A stretch of DNA of 60,764 nt from an uncultured Clostridia bacterium (lineage in GTDB: Bacteria; Bacillota; Clostridia; Oscillospirales; UBA644), in contig CALXAO010000013.1 in NCBI GenBank assembly GCA_944386295.1, positions 1 to 60,764 on the forward strand. Reading direction: 5' to 3'. The notes under the pieces were generated by a model, which was not told the DNA's origin, did no database searches, and saw nothing but the letters and a program-made list of their open reading frames with translations. The position numbers and the translations under genes are program-made. This document shows positions 10,194-19,750 of the stretch, in pieces; positions within the stretch are counted from its first letter, which is position 1; each line of letters starts with the position of its first letter.

Positions 10194-11783
10194 TTGAAGC
10201 GTGCTTTTTGTTTGCTGTTGACCTTATTTTTGCTCTGTGGCTGTACCCCCTCTGTTCCCGACCCTGATACGGATAACCCTTCCGTTCCTCCTTCTTCTTA
10301 TGAAATTGACCGGACGCAACGGCAGCTTTATCTGACGATCTGGTCCTGGCAAATTCCAACGGTAGCCTTGGCTGAGGAATATGCCCGCCGGGCGGCTGAG
10401 CTTGGTTTTACCGGAATTGATCTTTGCGTTCGTTGGGAAAAGATAGAACCGGCCCGGGGGCGGTTTGACTGGTTCTGGTTAGATAGCGTTACGGATGTTT
10501 TTCGACAAAAAGGCCTGTCTCTGTCATTGAGTCTGCTGCTTTGGACCGGAAGCTTATCCTGGGCGGATCAACTGGCCTTTCAGCAGACTTCTTTAGGGGA
10601 TGTGTTTGAATATGAGGGGAGAGGCGGCAGTCTGTGTTTGTGTGACCAGTCTAATTTGGATATTGTTAAAAATACTTTGCAGGCCTTTTCGATTCATTGC
10701 GCTTCATCTCTAGGGGACTCTCTTCAGCGGTGGGGTGTGCGGCTGAGCTGTTATGGGGAATTGGAATATTCTACTGGGGCCGATTTGGATTATTCTCCTC
10801 AGGCGATTTGTGCTTTTTTAGATTATGTACTGAAAACATACGGCAGTTATGAAGCATTTTCTCTTTTATACGGCCGAACAGAAACTACCCGTTCGGAGTT
10901 AGAGGCGCTGAAAGCAGAGAATTTTTCTACATTGTTCACTTATGACTGGAAGTGTTTTAAGCAGGCTGTTTTGACGGAATTTTCAGCTTTAGCTGCTGGT
11001 ATTTTTCACGCTGCTGCCCCGGGTGTGCCGGTGGCTGCTCAAATTGGAAGCTGGGCTGATCCTCTTTCTGCGCTATACGGCGGCATTCTGGATCCGGTAT
11101 CCTTCTTGAAGGAGAGTGGGGCGGATATTCTTCATGTGGCTGATGCCGACAGCCTGCCGGTAGAATTTCTCATCGACCTTGCTGTTTCTCTTGCTGGAAC
11201 CGGGGGAAGGGTAGCTTATGAAATTGATGGCGCATGGAAACTGGAAAACGGCAGCGCTGATTTTGCAACCCGGGCAAAAGCAGTGGGAGAAGCCGGGCTT
11301 TTTTCTCTAAACACTGCCAACTGGAGCTTAGAAGAATTGGATACTTATGGGCCGGAATTGCTGTCCCAATACCAATCACTGTTTTTTTGTGAACCTGCAC
11401 CGGTTAAGAATGTTTCTTCCACTGTTTTACTTGTGAATACCGCGGATTTCTCTTTGCGATCTGTCCCTGTTTCTCTGTTTAACCTTTTGTCGCAACCCTA
11501 CACTGGGTTGAAGGATGCTGGCGTTCAGGTTCGTTTTGTTACTGATCGGCAATTGTTGGCACACCCGGAGCTGTTAGAGGAAATTGAAACCCTGTGTCTG
11601 GGAAGTCTTTCCGAATGCCCTGTTTTGGATTCCGCTTTGGTGGAATTACTACTTTCTTCCGGGGTAACACTGACAGCCGACCGAGCGGGCTATGATGAGG
11701 TCTTTTTTAATCCCTATGGGATTCCTTTTCCAGAGGAAATACAGCAGAGTCTTCGGAAAGCAATTGTTTGTTACTTGGACTGA
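10194..11783 (+). CDS. Lipoprotein with a glycoside hydrolase-like TIM barrel (beta-galactosidase GH42 or GH14-like)
   Basis: RBS AAGGAG then TTG; lipobox LCGC; motif GFTGIDLCVRWEKIEPARGRFDWFWLD. Confidence 0.7.
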   Translation: MKRAFCLLLTLFLLCGCTPSVPDPDTDNPSVPPSSYEIDRTQRQLYLTIWSWQIPTVALAEEYARRAAELGFTGIDLCVRWEKIEPARGRFDWFWLDSVTDVFRQKGLSLSLSLLLWTGSLSWADQLAFQQTSLGDVFEYEGRGGSLCLCDQSNLDIVKNTLQAFSIHCASSLGDSLQRWGVRLSCYGELEYSTGADLDYSPQAICAFLDYVLKTYGSYEAFSLLYGRTETTRSELEALKAENFSTLFTYDWKCFKQAVLTEFSALAAGIFHAAAPGVPVAAQIGSWADPLSALYGGILDPVSFLKESGADILHVADADSLPVEFLIDLAVSLAGTGGRVAYEIDGAWKLENGSADFATRAKAVGEAGLFSLNTANWSLEELDTYGPELLSQYQSLFFCEPAPVKNVSSTVLLVNTADFSLRSVPVSLFNLLSQPYTGLKDAGVQVRFVTDRQLLAHPELLEEIETLCLGSLSECPVLDSALVELLLSSGVTLTADRAGYDEVFFNPYGIPFPEEIQQSLRKAIVCYLD

Positions 11784-12102
11784 ATTCCTGGCACAATGCT
11801 TCAGGTTTAATTCTCCGGACCCGGGAATACCGTTCTTCTGTAAGCCGGAGGAAATCGTCGTTGCCTTTTTCGGGACAGACTAAAAGAATTTCCGTGTCCG
11901 GACCGGTACATAGCCGGTCTGTGGTGCGGAGCAAATGGTTCACCAAAAGATCCGGGTCACTGCGTTCTTCCGGGAACAGCAGAATCCGGATTTTTTTGCA
12001 TTGTACGCTTTTTCGGGACACCAAGCAGCACAGTTGCCAAATAACTTCAAACAGCCCTACGACTGCTAGAAGGGCGATTAGGGTTCGCAGAACAGTTTCC
12101 AT
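11707..12102 (-). CDS. Hypothetical protein with N-terminal TM helix
   Basis: 131 aa, ATG with GAGG-like RBS; 77 bp convergent overlap with the preceding gene. Confidence 0.6.
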   Translation of the reverse strand: METVLRTLIALLAVVGLFEVIWQLCCLVSRKSVQCKKIRILLFPEERSDPDLLVNHLLRTTDRLCTGPDTEILLVCPEKGNDDFLRLTEERYSRVRRIKPEALCQEFSPSNKQLLSEDSAVFPLEKESHRD

Positions 12103-12231
12103 AAATAGATCCCTCGCTTTTGATTTTTAATTCTATTTCATGGTATGATTTTTTTTAAAATGTGTGAAGCTCGAAAAGTCGTATTTTGTTTAAAAACAGG
12201 CAAAAAACAGAAAAATTCGGTTTTTTTTAAT

Positions 12232-12247
12232 TGTTTCACGTGAAACA
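12232..12247. promoter_or_regulatory. parS centromere site
   Basis: Perfect consensus TGTTTCACGTGAAACA upstream of parA. Confidence 0.95.
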
Positions 12248-12262
12248 TGTCCGATTTCCCTC

Positions 12263-12291
12263 TTGCTTTTTTTTGTAAAGTATGATAAAAT
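12263..12291 (+). promoter_or_regulatory. Putative parAB-serS promoter
   Basis: TTGCTT-17 bp-TAAAAT with extended TG. Confidence 0.55.
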
Positions 12292-12321
12292 AAAAACACC
12301 GACGAATGAAAAGAGGTTTCT

Positions 12322-13122
12322 ATGGGGAAAATAATTGCCGTCGCCAATCAGAAAGGCGGCGTAGGAAAAACGACAACCGTGGTGAATTTGGCTGCTTGTT
12401 TAGCCGAAGTCGGACAGCGGGTTTTATTGGTAGATCTGGACCCCCAGGGGAACAGTACGAGTGGCGTAGGTATTCATAAGAAAAAAATTGCGATTTCAGT
12501 TTACGATGTAATGTTGGGCACAGCGGAAATCAAAGATGCAGTACTTTCTACTGGATTTGTTAATCTGTTTATTCTTCCTTCCAATATTAATCTGGCAGGC
12601 GCGGAGATTGAGCTGGTAGAAGAAGAAAAGCGGGAACAAAAGTTGAAATCTGCGTTGGTGCCTTTGAAGGATGATTTTGATTTTGTGCTGATTGACTGCC
12701 CCCCTTCTCTGGGATTGCTGACTATCAATGCTTTGACTGCTGCCCAAACGGTGCTGATTCCTATTCAGTGTGAATTTTATGCTTTGGAAGGGCTGTCCCA
12801 GTTGACGAATACAATTAAGCAAATCCGTCGGCTATACAATCCGTTGCTAAATATTGAGGGGATTTTGGTGACAATGTATGACGGCCGTTTGAATCTGACC
12901 ATGCAAGTTTTGGCCGAAGTGAAAAAATTTTTTGCGGACAAGCTGTTTCAAACCACAATCCCGCGGAATGTTCGGATTTCTGAGGCCCCCAGCCACGGGA
13001 TGCCAGTAAATTATTACGACAGATATGCTAAAGGTACGGAAGCCTATCGAACTTTGGCCGAAGAGCTTTTGGAACGGAATCATGTTTCACGTGAAACACT
13101 GATGAAAGGGGAGGAAAAATGA
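12322..13122 (+). CDS. parA: Chromosome partition ATPase ParA/Soj
   Basis: NQKGGVGKTT, DLDPQGN, IDCPPSLG, EAPSHG. Confidence 0.96.
   Translation: MGKIIAVANQKGGVGKTTTVVNLAACLAEVGQRVLLVDLDPQGNSTSGVGIHKKKIAISVYDVMLGTAEIKDAVLSTGFVNLFILPSNINLAGAEIELVEEEKREQKLKSALVPLKDDFDFVLIDCPPSLGLLTINALTAAQTVLIPIQCEFYALEGLSQLTNTIKQIRRLYNPLLNIEGILVTMYDGRLNLTMQVLAEVKKFFADKLFQTTIPRNVRISEAPSHGMPVNYYDRYAKGTEAYRTLAEELLERNHVSRETLMKGEEK
13083..13098. promoter_or_regulatory. Second parS site, inside the 3' end of parA
   Basis: TGTTTCACGTGAAACA (encodes HVSRET). Confidence 0.93.
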
Positions 13123-13988
13123 AAAAAGGATTGGGAAAGGGATTAGACGCCCTTCTTAGTGATAATTCCATTAGTACGGATGCATCCACAGGTATTCAGA
13201 CAGTTTCGATTTATTTAGTAGAGCCCAATCGGAAACAGCCCCGGAAATATTTTGATAAGGAAAGCCTTCAGGCTTTGGCCGAGTCCATTGCCGAAAACGG
13301 GTTGCTTCAGCCTCTGGTGGTTCGTCCTTTGGAAGATGGACGCTATCAAATTATTTCAGGAGAACGTCGGTGGCGGGCTTCCCGTATGGCGGGTTTGATA
13401 GAAATTCCAGTGGTTTTGCGGGAGGAAGATGACCGACGCACGTTGGAATTGGGTCTGATTGAAAATCTTCAAAGGGAAGATTTGAACGGGGTAGAAGAAG
13501 CAGAGGGATACCGGATTTTATCCGAAACTTATGGCCTTACACAAGAACAAATTTCTAAAAAGGTGGGAAAATCCCGGTCTGCAATCGCGAATGCTCTGCG
13601 GATTCTGGCGTTGCCGGAAAATGTTCTTCAAATGGTATTGGAGGGCAGGCTGTCTGCGGGGCATGCACGGACGTTGCTGCCGCTTTGCGATTCTTTTCCG
13701 GAGTCGGAGGTTATTCGTACTGCCCGGGCTGTAGCTGAAAAGAATCTATCGGTTCGGGAAACCGAAGCGCTAGTAAAATCCCTTCTTTCCAAAAAGGCCC
13801 GACGGCTGGTCCCCCGGCCTAAAAACCTTTATTTGGATACTGCGGCCCGGGATATTGGTGCCCGTTGGGGCCGAAAAGTAAAAATTACCGCTCCCAAGGG
13901 ACAGTCTAAGGGGCGGATTGAATTGGAATTTTACGGCGACGAGGATTTGAATGAATTAATTCAGCAGCTGTTACAAGAAGGAGAATAA
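13119..13988 (+). CDS. parB: Chromosome partition protein ParB/Spo0J
   Basis: KGLGKGLDALL, QPRK, GERRWRA, ENLQREDL, HTH. Confidence 0.96.
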   Translation: MKKGLGKGLDALLSDNSISTDASTGIQTVSIYLVEPNRKQPRKYFDKESLQALAESIAENGLLQPLVVRPLEDGRYQIISGERRWRASRMAGLIEIPVVLREEDDRRTLELGLIENLQREDLNGVEEAEGYRILSETYGLTQEQISKKVGKSRSAIANALRILALPENVLQMVLEGRLSAGHARTLLPLCDSFPESEVIRTARAVAEKNLSVRETEALVKSLLSKKARRLVPRPKNLYLDTAARDIGARWGRKVKITAPKGQSKGRIELEFYGDEDLNELIQQLLQEGE

Positions 13989-13990
13989 AA

Positions 13991-15280
13991 ATGCTGGACA
14001 TTAAATTTTTAAGGGAAAACCCGGAAGCGGTAAAAGAAAACATCCGCAAAAAATTCCAGGACCAAAAGCTAGTTCTTGTGGATGAGGTTATTGCCTTGGA
14101 TGAGCAGATCCGTCAGGTTAAGCAGGAAGCGGATGCACTACGGGCAATCCGAAACAAAGCTTCTAAAATGATTGGAGGCCTGATAGCCCAAGGGAAGCTT
14201 GAGGAGGCGGAGTCCGTCAAAACTGAAGTCACTCAAAATGGAGCCTGTATTGATGCTCTGAATGTCCGGCAGAAAGAGCTGGAAGAACAAATCCGCAGAA
14301 AAATGCTGGTTATTCCTAATATAATTGATTCATCTGTTCCTCTGGGAAAAGACGATAGCCAGAATGTAGAAGTACAGCGGTATGGCGAAGCGGTTGTTCC
14401 GGATTTTGACATTCCCTATCATACCGAAATTATGGATCGTTTTCAGGGCATAGATCTTGACAGTGCCCGGAAAGTGGCTGGCAACGGTTTTTATTATTTG
14501 ATGGGAGATATTGCACGGCTGCACTCTGCAGTGATTTCCTATGCCCGAGATTTTATGATTAATCGAGGGTTTACCTATTGCGTTCCTCCCTTTATGATTC
14601 GTAGCGAGGTTGTAACAGGTGTGATGAGTTTTGCGGAAATGGAAGCCATGATGTACAAAATTGAAGGTGAGGATTTATACCTTATTGGGACCAGCGAACA
14701 TTCCATGATTGGAAAATTCATCGATACGATTCTTCCCGAAACTTCCCTGCCCCAGACTCTCACCAGTTATTCTCCTTGCTTCCGTAAGGAAAAAGGTGCT
14801 CATGGGCTTGAAGAGCGGGGGGTGTACCGGATTCATCAGTTTGAAAAACAGGAAATGATTGTTCTTTGTAAGCCGGAGGACAGCATGATCTGGTTTGACC
14901 GGCTATGGCAGAATACTGTGGACTTGTTCCGGAGTTTGGATATTCCGGTACGGACATTGGAGTGCTGTTCCGGTGACTTGGCCGACCTGAAAGTAAAATC
15001 TGTGGACGTGGAGGCTTGGTCCCCCCGGCAGCAAAAATATTTTGAGGTGGGGTCTTGCTCCAATTTAGGTGATGCCCAGGCCCGCCGTTTGAAAATTCGG
15101 GTTCAGGCTGAGGACGGCAGCAAATATCTGGTCCATACACTGAACAATACTGTTGTTGCTCCGCCCCGGATGCTAATTGCTTTCTTAGAAAACAATTTGC
15201 AGGCAGACGGTTCGGTTTGTATTCCCCAGACGCTTCGTCCCTATATGGGCGGCAAAGAACGGCTAGTTCCGAAGCGCTGA
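13991..15280 (+). CDS. serS: Seryl-tRNA synthetase
   Basis: MLDIK, GTSE, FRKEKG, RIHQFEKQE, EVGSCSN, HTLN. Confidence 0.96.
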   Translation: MLDIKFLRENPEAVKENIRKKFQDQKLVLVDEVIALDEQIRQVKQEADALRAIRNKASKMIGGLIAQGKLEEAESVKTEVTQNGACIDALNVRQKELEEQIRRKMLVIPNIIDSSVPLGKDDSQNVEVQRYGEAVVPDFDIPYHTEIMDRFQGIDLDSARKVAGNGFYYLMGDIARLHSAVISYARDFMINRGFTYCVPPFMIRSEVVTGVMSFAEMEAMMYKIEGEDLYLIGTSEHSMIGKFIDTILPETSLPQTLTSYSPCFRKEKGAHGLEERGVYRIHQFEKQEMIVLCKPEDSMIWFDRLWQNTVDLFRSLDIPVRTLECCSGDLADLKVKSVDVEAWSPRQQKYFEVGSCSNLGDAQARRLKIRVQAEDGSKYLVHTLNNTVVAPPRMLIAFLENNLQADGSVCIPQTLRPYMGGKERLVPKR

Positions 15281-15281
15281 G

Positions 15282-15749
15282 ATGAGAAAAGTCAAACGGG
15301 AAATTTCAAACTTTGCGGATATTCTAGACCTGCTTCGGAATCTGGATACCTTGCGTTTGGGAATTTCAGATCAGCCCTACCCCTATGTTGTTCCTGTTTC
15401 TTTTGGTTTTGAGGTTCGAGACGGCCTGTTGCGGTTTTATTTTCATGGTGCCAAAGAAGGAAAAAAAGCTGAGCTTTTGGCGGAAAATCCAAGAGTTTGC
15501 GCTGAGGCAGACCGATGCTATCGGTTTAAAAATACTGATCGTGCTGTTACCTGTCTGTATGAAAGTGTTATTGCGTTTGGAACCTGTCGTATTTTGACCG
15601 GTTACGAAGCCCGACATGGCCTAGAACAAATTCTGAAGCATTGCGGCTATAGCGACCTGGAAATTGATCCTGCTGTGCTGCCAGCAACTGCCATATGGGA
15701 AATTACCGTGGAATCAGTTACTGGTAAATGCAGAGATAAACATAACTAA
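15282..15749 (+). CDS. Pyridoxamine 5'-phosphate oxidase-like FMN-binding protein (NimA-like)
   Basis: PYVVPVSFG, YFHGAKEGKK, YESVIAFG, TGK. Confidence 0.85.
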   Translation: MRKVKREISNFADILDLLRNLDTLRLGISDQPYPYVVPVSFGFEVRDGLLRFYFHGAKEGKKAELLAENPRVCAEADRCYRFKNTDRAVTCLYESVIAFGTCRILTGYEARHGLEQILKHCGYSDLEIDPAVLPATAIWEITVESVTGKCRDKHN

Positions 15750-15750
15750 A

Positions 15751-15782
15751 AAACGACAGGAAGAAAATTCTTCCTGTCGTTT
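15751..15782 (+). terminator. Perfect hairpin; terminator and IS target
   Basis: AAACGACAGGAAGAA-AA-TTCTTCCTGTCGTTT abutting the IS end. Confidence 0.8.
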
Positions 15783-16647
15783 CAGTCTGTCGAACCCTAA
15801 ATTTCAAGCGAGATTCAGGGTAATAATTTTTATTTTGATAAAAAATGGATAAAACTGAATTAAAGCACCGTATAGGTGAGCTCTTTTCCTCCTATGCAGT
15901 ACGCATGACAGGGAATGGAATTGTTCTTTGGAATAAGCCTCGGTATGGAGCTCTTTTCGTCGTTCGTACAAAGCCGTTTCAAGGGAATCCGACCATATCT
16001 GCTTGGTAACGGTTTTCTCAAATTTTTGGGTTTCGGTGCATATGCTTCTCGAAGGACAACTTTTGTAAACATAGCTTTTACCCTTTACATAACTTAGTAC
16101 TTGGTAACATAGTAAACATATTCATAAGGAGGGAAAAAGCCTTTCTTCGGGGATTCTCCCGTTATCAATTATTCTCTTTCTTATCCACGCACTGCTTTTA
16201 TCTCGGGATTTTTTTCTGCAAGTCTGTCAATCAGGTACCGTCACATCCATTACATATCCTTTTTTATCATAGCCTGTTGTGCTGTATATGCAAAGCATTT
16301 CTTGTGCTCGCCTTTATGAAATATTCTTCGGGATCGCTTGCAGATTCCGAAGTTCCCTTTTCCTCAGGTTTCTTGCCGTGGTCGTTTCGCTCTTCGTTAA
16401 TTTCTTCTACTGTTCTTTTCAGTGACGGCAATCCATACAAATGCGGTATCAGCACCATTTTAAATATTACCACCGGATTTATGCTGGATAAATCTTTTAC
16501 CATTTATATATGACCGAAGTCTACCGCACTGTCTATTTTCCTCAGTAAATGTTAAATTCTTCTATACTGAAAAACTCCATTTGTGTGCAGCGTATACCAT
16601 ATATATGCAAAAAAGTCCAGTTTATACTGGACTTTTTCGACAGACGG
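15783..16647 (-). mobile_element. Second, shorter decayed IS1182-family copy (inverted)
   Basis: Reverse-complement similarity to 1767-2868; INPVVIFKMVLIPHLYGLPSLKRT; ends CAGTCTGTCGA / TCGACAGAC. Confidence 0.85.
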
Positions 16648-16657
16648 AAATGGCAAG

Positions 16658-19375
16658 TTATTCGTCTTTGCCGCAGCACTTTTTGTACTTTTTACCACTG
16701 CCACATGGACAGGGATCATTGCGTCCTACTTTCCGGTCTTTTGTGATCGGGAGGTTCTTTTCCCCGCCGGCCGATAAGTTTTCAATTTGAGGCCGAGCCA
16801 CCTGCTGTCGCTGAATAGTTTCTGGGCGAACAACCCGGGCTAGTATCACAGTTCGGACCGTGGTTTCCTTAATCTGTTGAATCATATCCTCAAACATTTC
16901 GAAGCTTTCGTATTTGTATTCAATCAGTGGATCCCGGTTGGAATAGGCTCGTAGAGAAATTCCCTGTCGCAGGTCATCCATGGCGTCGATATGGTCCATC
17001 CAGAACCGATCTACCGTCCGCAGTAAAAAGTTTCGTTCGATTTCCCGCATCATTTTCGGTGTATTTTCGGTTTCGGAGCGAAGATAAGCTGCCTGACCGG
17101 CTTCTTTAAGTTTTGCTTTCATTTCCTCTTTTGAGAGCAGTTTATCTCCAAAAATAGCCTCATCTTTTGCATAAAACACATTGGCAAATTGCTGTTGTAG
17201 CCCGTTCCTATCCCAAGTATTTTCTTCTCCCGCGCAGTAGTGGTCTACTTGGGTATCTACCGTGTCGGAGAGCATCTTTAGCAGGTATTCCCGTAGATCC
17301 TCTCCCTGGAGAACTCTGTCTCTTTCCTTATAAATCAAAATCCGTTGCTGGTTAATAACGTCATCGTATTCCAGTACTTTTTTCCGACGGGCAAAATTAA
17401 TGCCCTCTACTTTTTTCTGGGCGTTTTCGATGGTTTTGGACAAAATTCCGGCATTAATGGGCTCATCGTCAGGCAAAGATGCCATTAAAGAAAGGTTAGA
17501 CAATCGCTCTCCGCCGAACAGGCGAAGTAATTCATCTTCCAGCGATAGGCAAAAACAGGTTTCTCCTGGGTCTCCCTGCCTTCCTGCCCTGCCTCGAAGT
17601 TGGTTGTCAATCCGGCGGCTTTCATGCCGCTCTGTTCCCAGGATAAACAGGCCGCCCGCGGCTCGTACGTCTTCTGCTTCCTGCGTTACCTGTTCTCGGA
17701 ACTTGTCATAAAGCTCTCGGTATCTGGTCCGAGCTGCTAGCACTTCCGCGTCGGTTGTTTCCGTTAGTGCGGATGCCTGAACAAGAAGTCCGTGTTCCAT
17801 TCCTTCCTTTTCCAGCTGATGCTTTGCCAAAAACTCTGCGTTTCCGCCTAAAATAATATCAGTTCCACGGCCCGCCATGTTTGTGGCGATAGTTACTGCA
17901 CCCTTTCGTCCAGCCTGAGCAATAATAGAAGCTTCTTTTTCGTGGTATTTCGCATTCAGTACATTGTGAGGAATGCCATTTCGTTTAAGAACCCCGGACA
18001 AAAGTTCGGATTTTTCAATAGTCACGGTACCAATTAGTACCGGTTGGCCCTTTTCGTAACATTCCTTCACCTGCCGAAGTACAGCTTCAAACTTTGCCTT
18101 TTCCGATTTGTAGACCCGGTCGTTATGATCTTTTCGGATGTTGGGCTTATTGGTGGGAATTTCTACCACATCCAAATTATAAATTTGGCGAAATTCATCT
18201 TCCTCGGTGGCAGCAGTACCGGTCATCCCAGCCAGTTTTTCGTAAATCCGGAAATAATTCTGGAAGGTAATGGTGGCCAGGGTTTTAGACTCGTTTTCTA
18301 CCTTCACTCCTTCCTTTGCCTCTATTGCTTGATGTAGGCCATTGGAATAACGGCGACCAAACATCATTCGTCCGGTGAATTCATCCACAATAATGACTTC
18401 TCCGTCTTTGACGACATAGTCCACATCTCGTTGCATGGTGCCGTGAGCTTTCAGGGCTTGGTTAATGTAGTGTTGCAACTGGGCGTTTTCCAGGTCAGCC
18501 AGATTTTCTACGCCAAATGTCTTCTCAGCTTTTTCAATACCTCGGGCAGTAAGGGTAGCGGTTTTGTTTTTTTCTTCGGCAATGTAATCTGCGTCCACGT
18601 TGTCGTAGCTTTCCTTGGAATCCATTTCTTTGATTTTCATGCAGGTAAGCCGACGGACAAAGTCGTTTGCTTTTTGATACATGTCGTCAGAGGTATCTCC
18701 TTGACCAGAGATAATCAGAGGAGTACGGGCCTCATCAATAAGAATGGAGTCCACCTCGTCCACAATTGCATAGGCATGGCCCCGTTGGACTTTCTGTTCC
18801 TGATAAATTACCATGTTGTCCCGGAGATAATCAAAGCCAAACTCGTTGTTTGTCCCGTAGGTAATGTCAGCCGCATAAGCTTTTCGCCGTTCTTCCCCAG
18901 TTCTTCCGTGGACAATCAGTCCCACTTCCAGCCCGAGAAACGCGTGAATTTTTCCCATCCACTCACTATCCCGGCGGGCCAGATAGTCGTTGACTGTAAC
19001 AATATGCACTCCTTTGCCCGACAAAGCGTTCAGGTAAGCGGGCAGCACGGCCACCAGGGTTTTTCCTTCACCGGTGCGCATTTCAGAAATACGGCCCTGA
19101 TGAAGAATAATTCCGCCGATGATCTGACACCGAAACGGCCGCATTCCCAGTACACGGTCGGCGGCTTCCCGTACGGTGGCAAATGCTTCCGGGAGCAGAG
19201 AATCCAGACTTTCTCCTTTCGCGTACCGTTCTTTAAACCAGGCGGTTTTTGCCTGTAGTTCCTCGTCACTTAATTGATGGTATTCTTCCTCCCAAGCTTC
19301 TATTTTTTTTACGGTAGGTTCAATTTTTTTCAGCTCCCGCTGACTATAAGATGCAAAAAAGTTAAAAAGCCCCAT
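16658..19375 (-). CDS. secA: Preprotein translocase SecA
   Basis: [36 protein letters not shown] motif [13 protein letters not shown]. Confidence 0.98.
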   Translation of the reverse strand: MGLFNFFASYSQRELKKIEPTVKKIEAWEEEYHQLSDEELQAKTAWFKERYAKGESLDSLLPEAFATVREAADRVLGMRPFRCQIIGGIILHQGRISEMRTGEGKTLVAVLPAYLNALSGKGVHIVTVNDYLARRDSEWMGKIHAFLGLEVGLIVHGRTGEERRKAYAADITYGTNNEFGFDYLRDNMVIYQEQKVQRGHAYAIVDEVDSILIDEARTPLIISGQGDTSDDMYQKANDFVRRLTCMKIKEMDSKESYDNVDADYIAEEKNKTATLTARGIEKAEKTFGVENLADLENAQLQHYINQALKAHGTMQRDVDYVVKDGEVIIVDEFTGRMMFGRRYSNGLHQAIEAKEGVKVENESKTLATITFQNYFRIYEKLAGMTGTAATEEDEFRQIYNLDVVEIPTNKPNIRKDHNDRVYKSEKAKFEAVLRQVKECYEKGQPVLIGTVTIEKSELLSGVLKRNGIPHNVLNAKYHEKEASIIAQAGRKGAVTIATNMAGRGTDIILGGNAEFLAKHQLEKEGMEHGLLVQASALTETTDAEVLAARTRYRELYDKFREQVTQEAEDVRAAGGLFILGTERHESRRIDNQLRGRAGRQGDPGETCFCLSLEDELLRLFGGERLSNLSLMASLPDDEPINAGILSKTIENAQKKVEGINFARRKKVLEYDDVINQQRILIYKERDRVLQGEDLREYLLKMLSDTVDTQVDHYCAGEENTWDRNGLQQQFANVFYAKDEAIFGDKLLSKEEMKAKLKEAGQAAYLRSETENTPKMMREIERNFLLRTVDRFWMDHIDAMDDLRQGISLRAYSNRDPLIEYKYESFEMFEDMIQQIKETTVRTVILARVVRPETIQRQQVARPQIENLSAGGEKNLPITKDRKVGRNDPCPCGSGKKYKKCCGKDE

Positions 19376-19602
19376 GGCAGCCTCCCTTGGGTATTATGAA
19401 TTTTCTTACATTATAACATAATTTTTAAAAATAATCTATAGCTTTTCTAAATTGACGCCGAAATGTCACATTTATATAGTAATATAAAAAAAGAAAACTT
19501 CTGTAGGTTTTGCGACAAAGAAAAATACTTTGATTTTATTTCCCGAATTCGTTTCATTTGTTTTCGGAAGATTCCGGAAAAAAGTTGCTTTTTCCGGTGG
19601 AA

Positions 19603-19672
19603 TTGTCCACTGTATCTGTGGAAAACTCTGTGTAAACCGTGGAAAACTTCCGAAATGACCGACTTTTCCACA
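19603..19672. promoter_or_regulatory. Cluster of five DnaA-box-like 9-mers
   Basis: TTGTCCACT, TGTGGAAAA, TGTGTAAAC, CGTGGAAAA, TTTTCCACA; AT-rich DNA adjacent. Confidence 0.65.
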
Positions 19673-19750
19673 GTTAAAAACTTTTTTATCAAAGTTCATT
19701 AAAAATTTAGTATTTCCCAAACGCTAAAGAAAAAAAGGAATAAATCCGTC

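Noticed and set aside
11707-11783. 77 bp convergent gene overlap as an antisense system
   Set aside because: More simply explained by stop-codon drift; no further support.
18431-19258. Long antisense ORFs (also 34878-35549, 36629-37570, 58299-59135)
   Set aside because: Shadows of real genes on the opposite strand, with no RBS or recognisable motifs.
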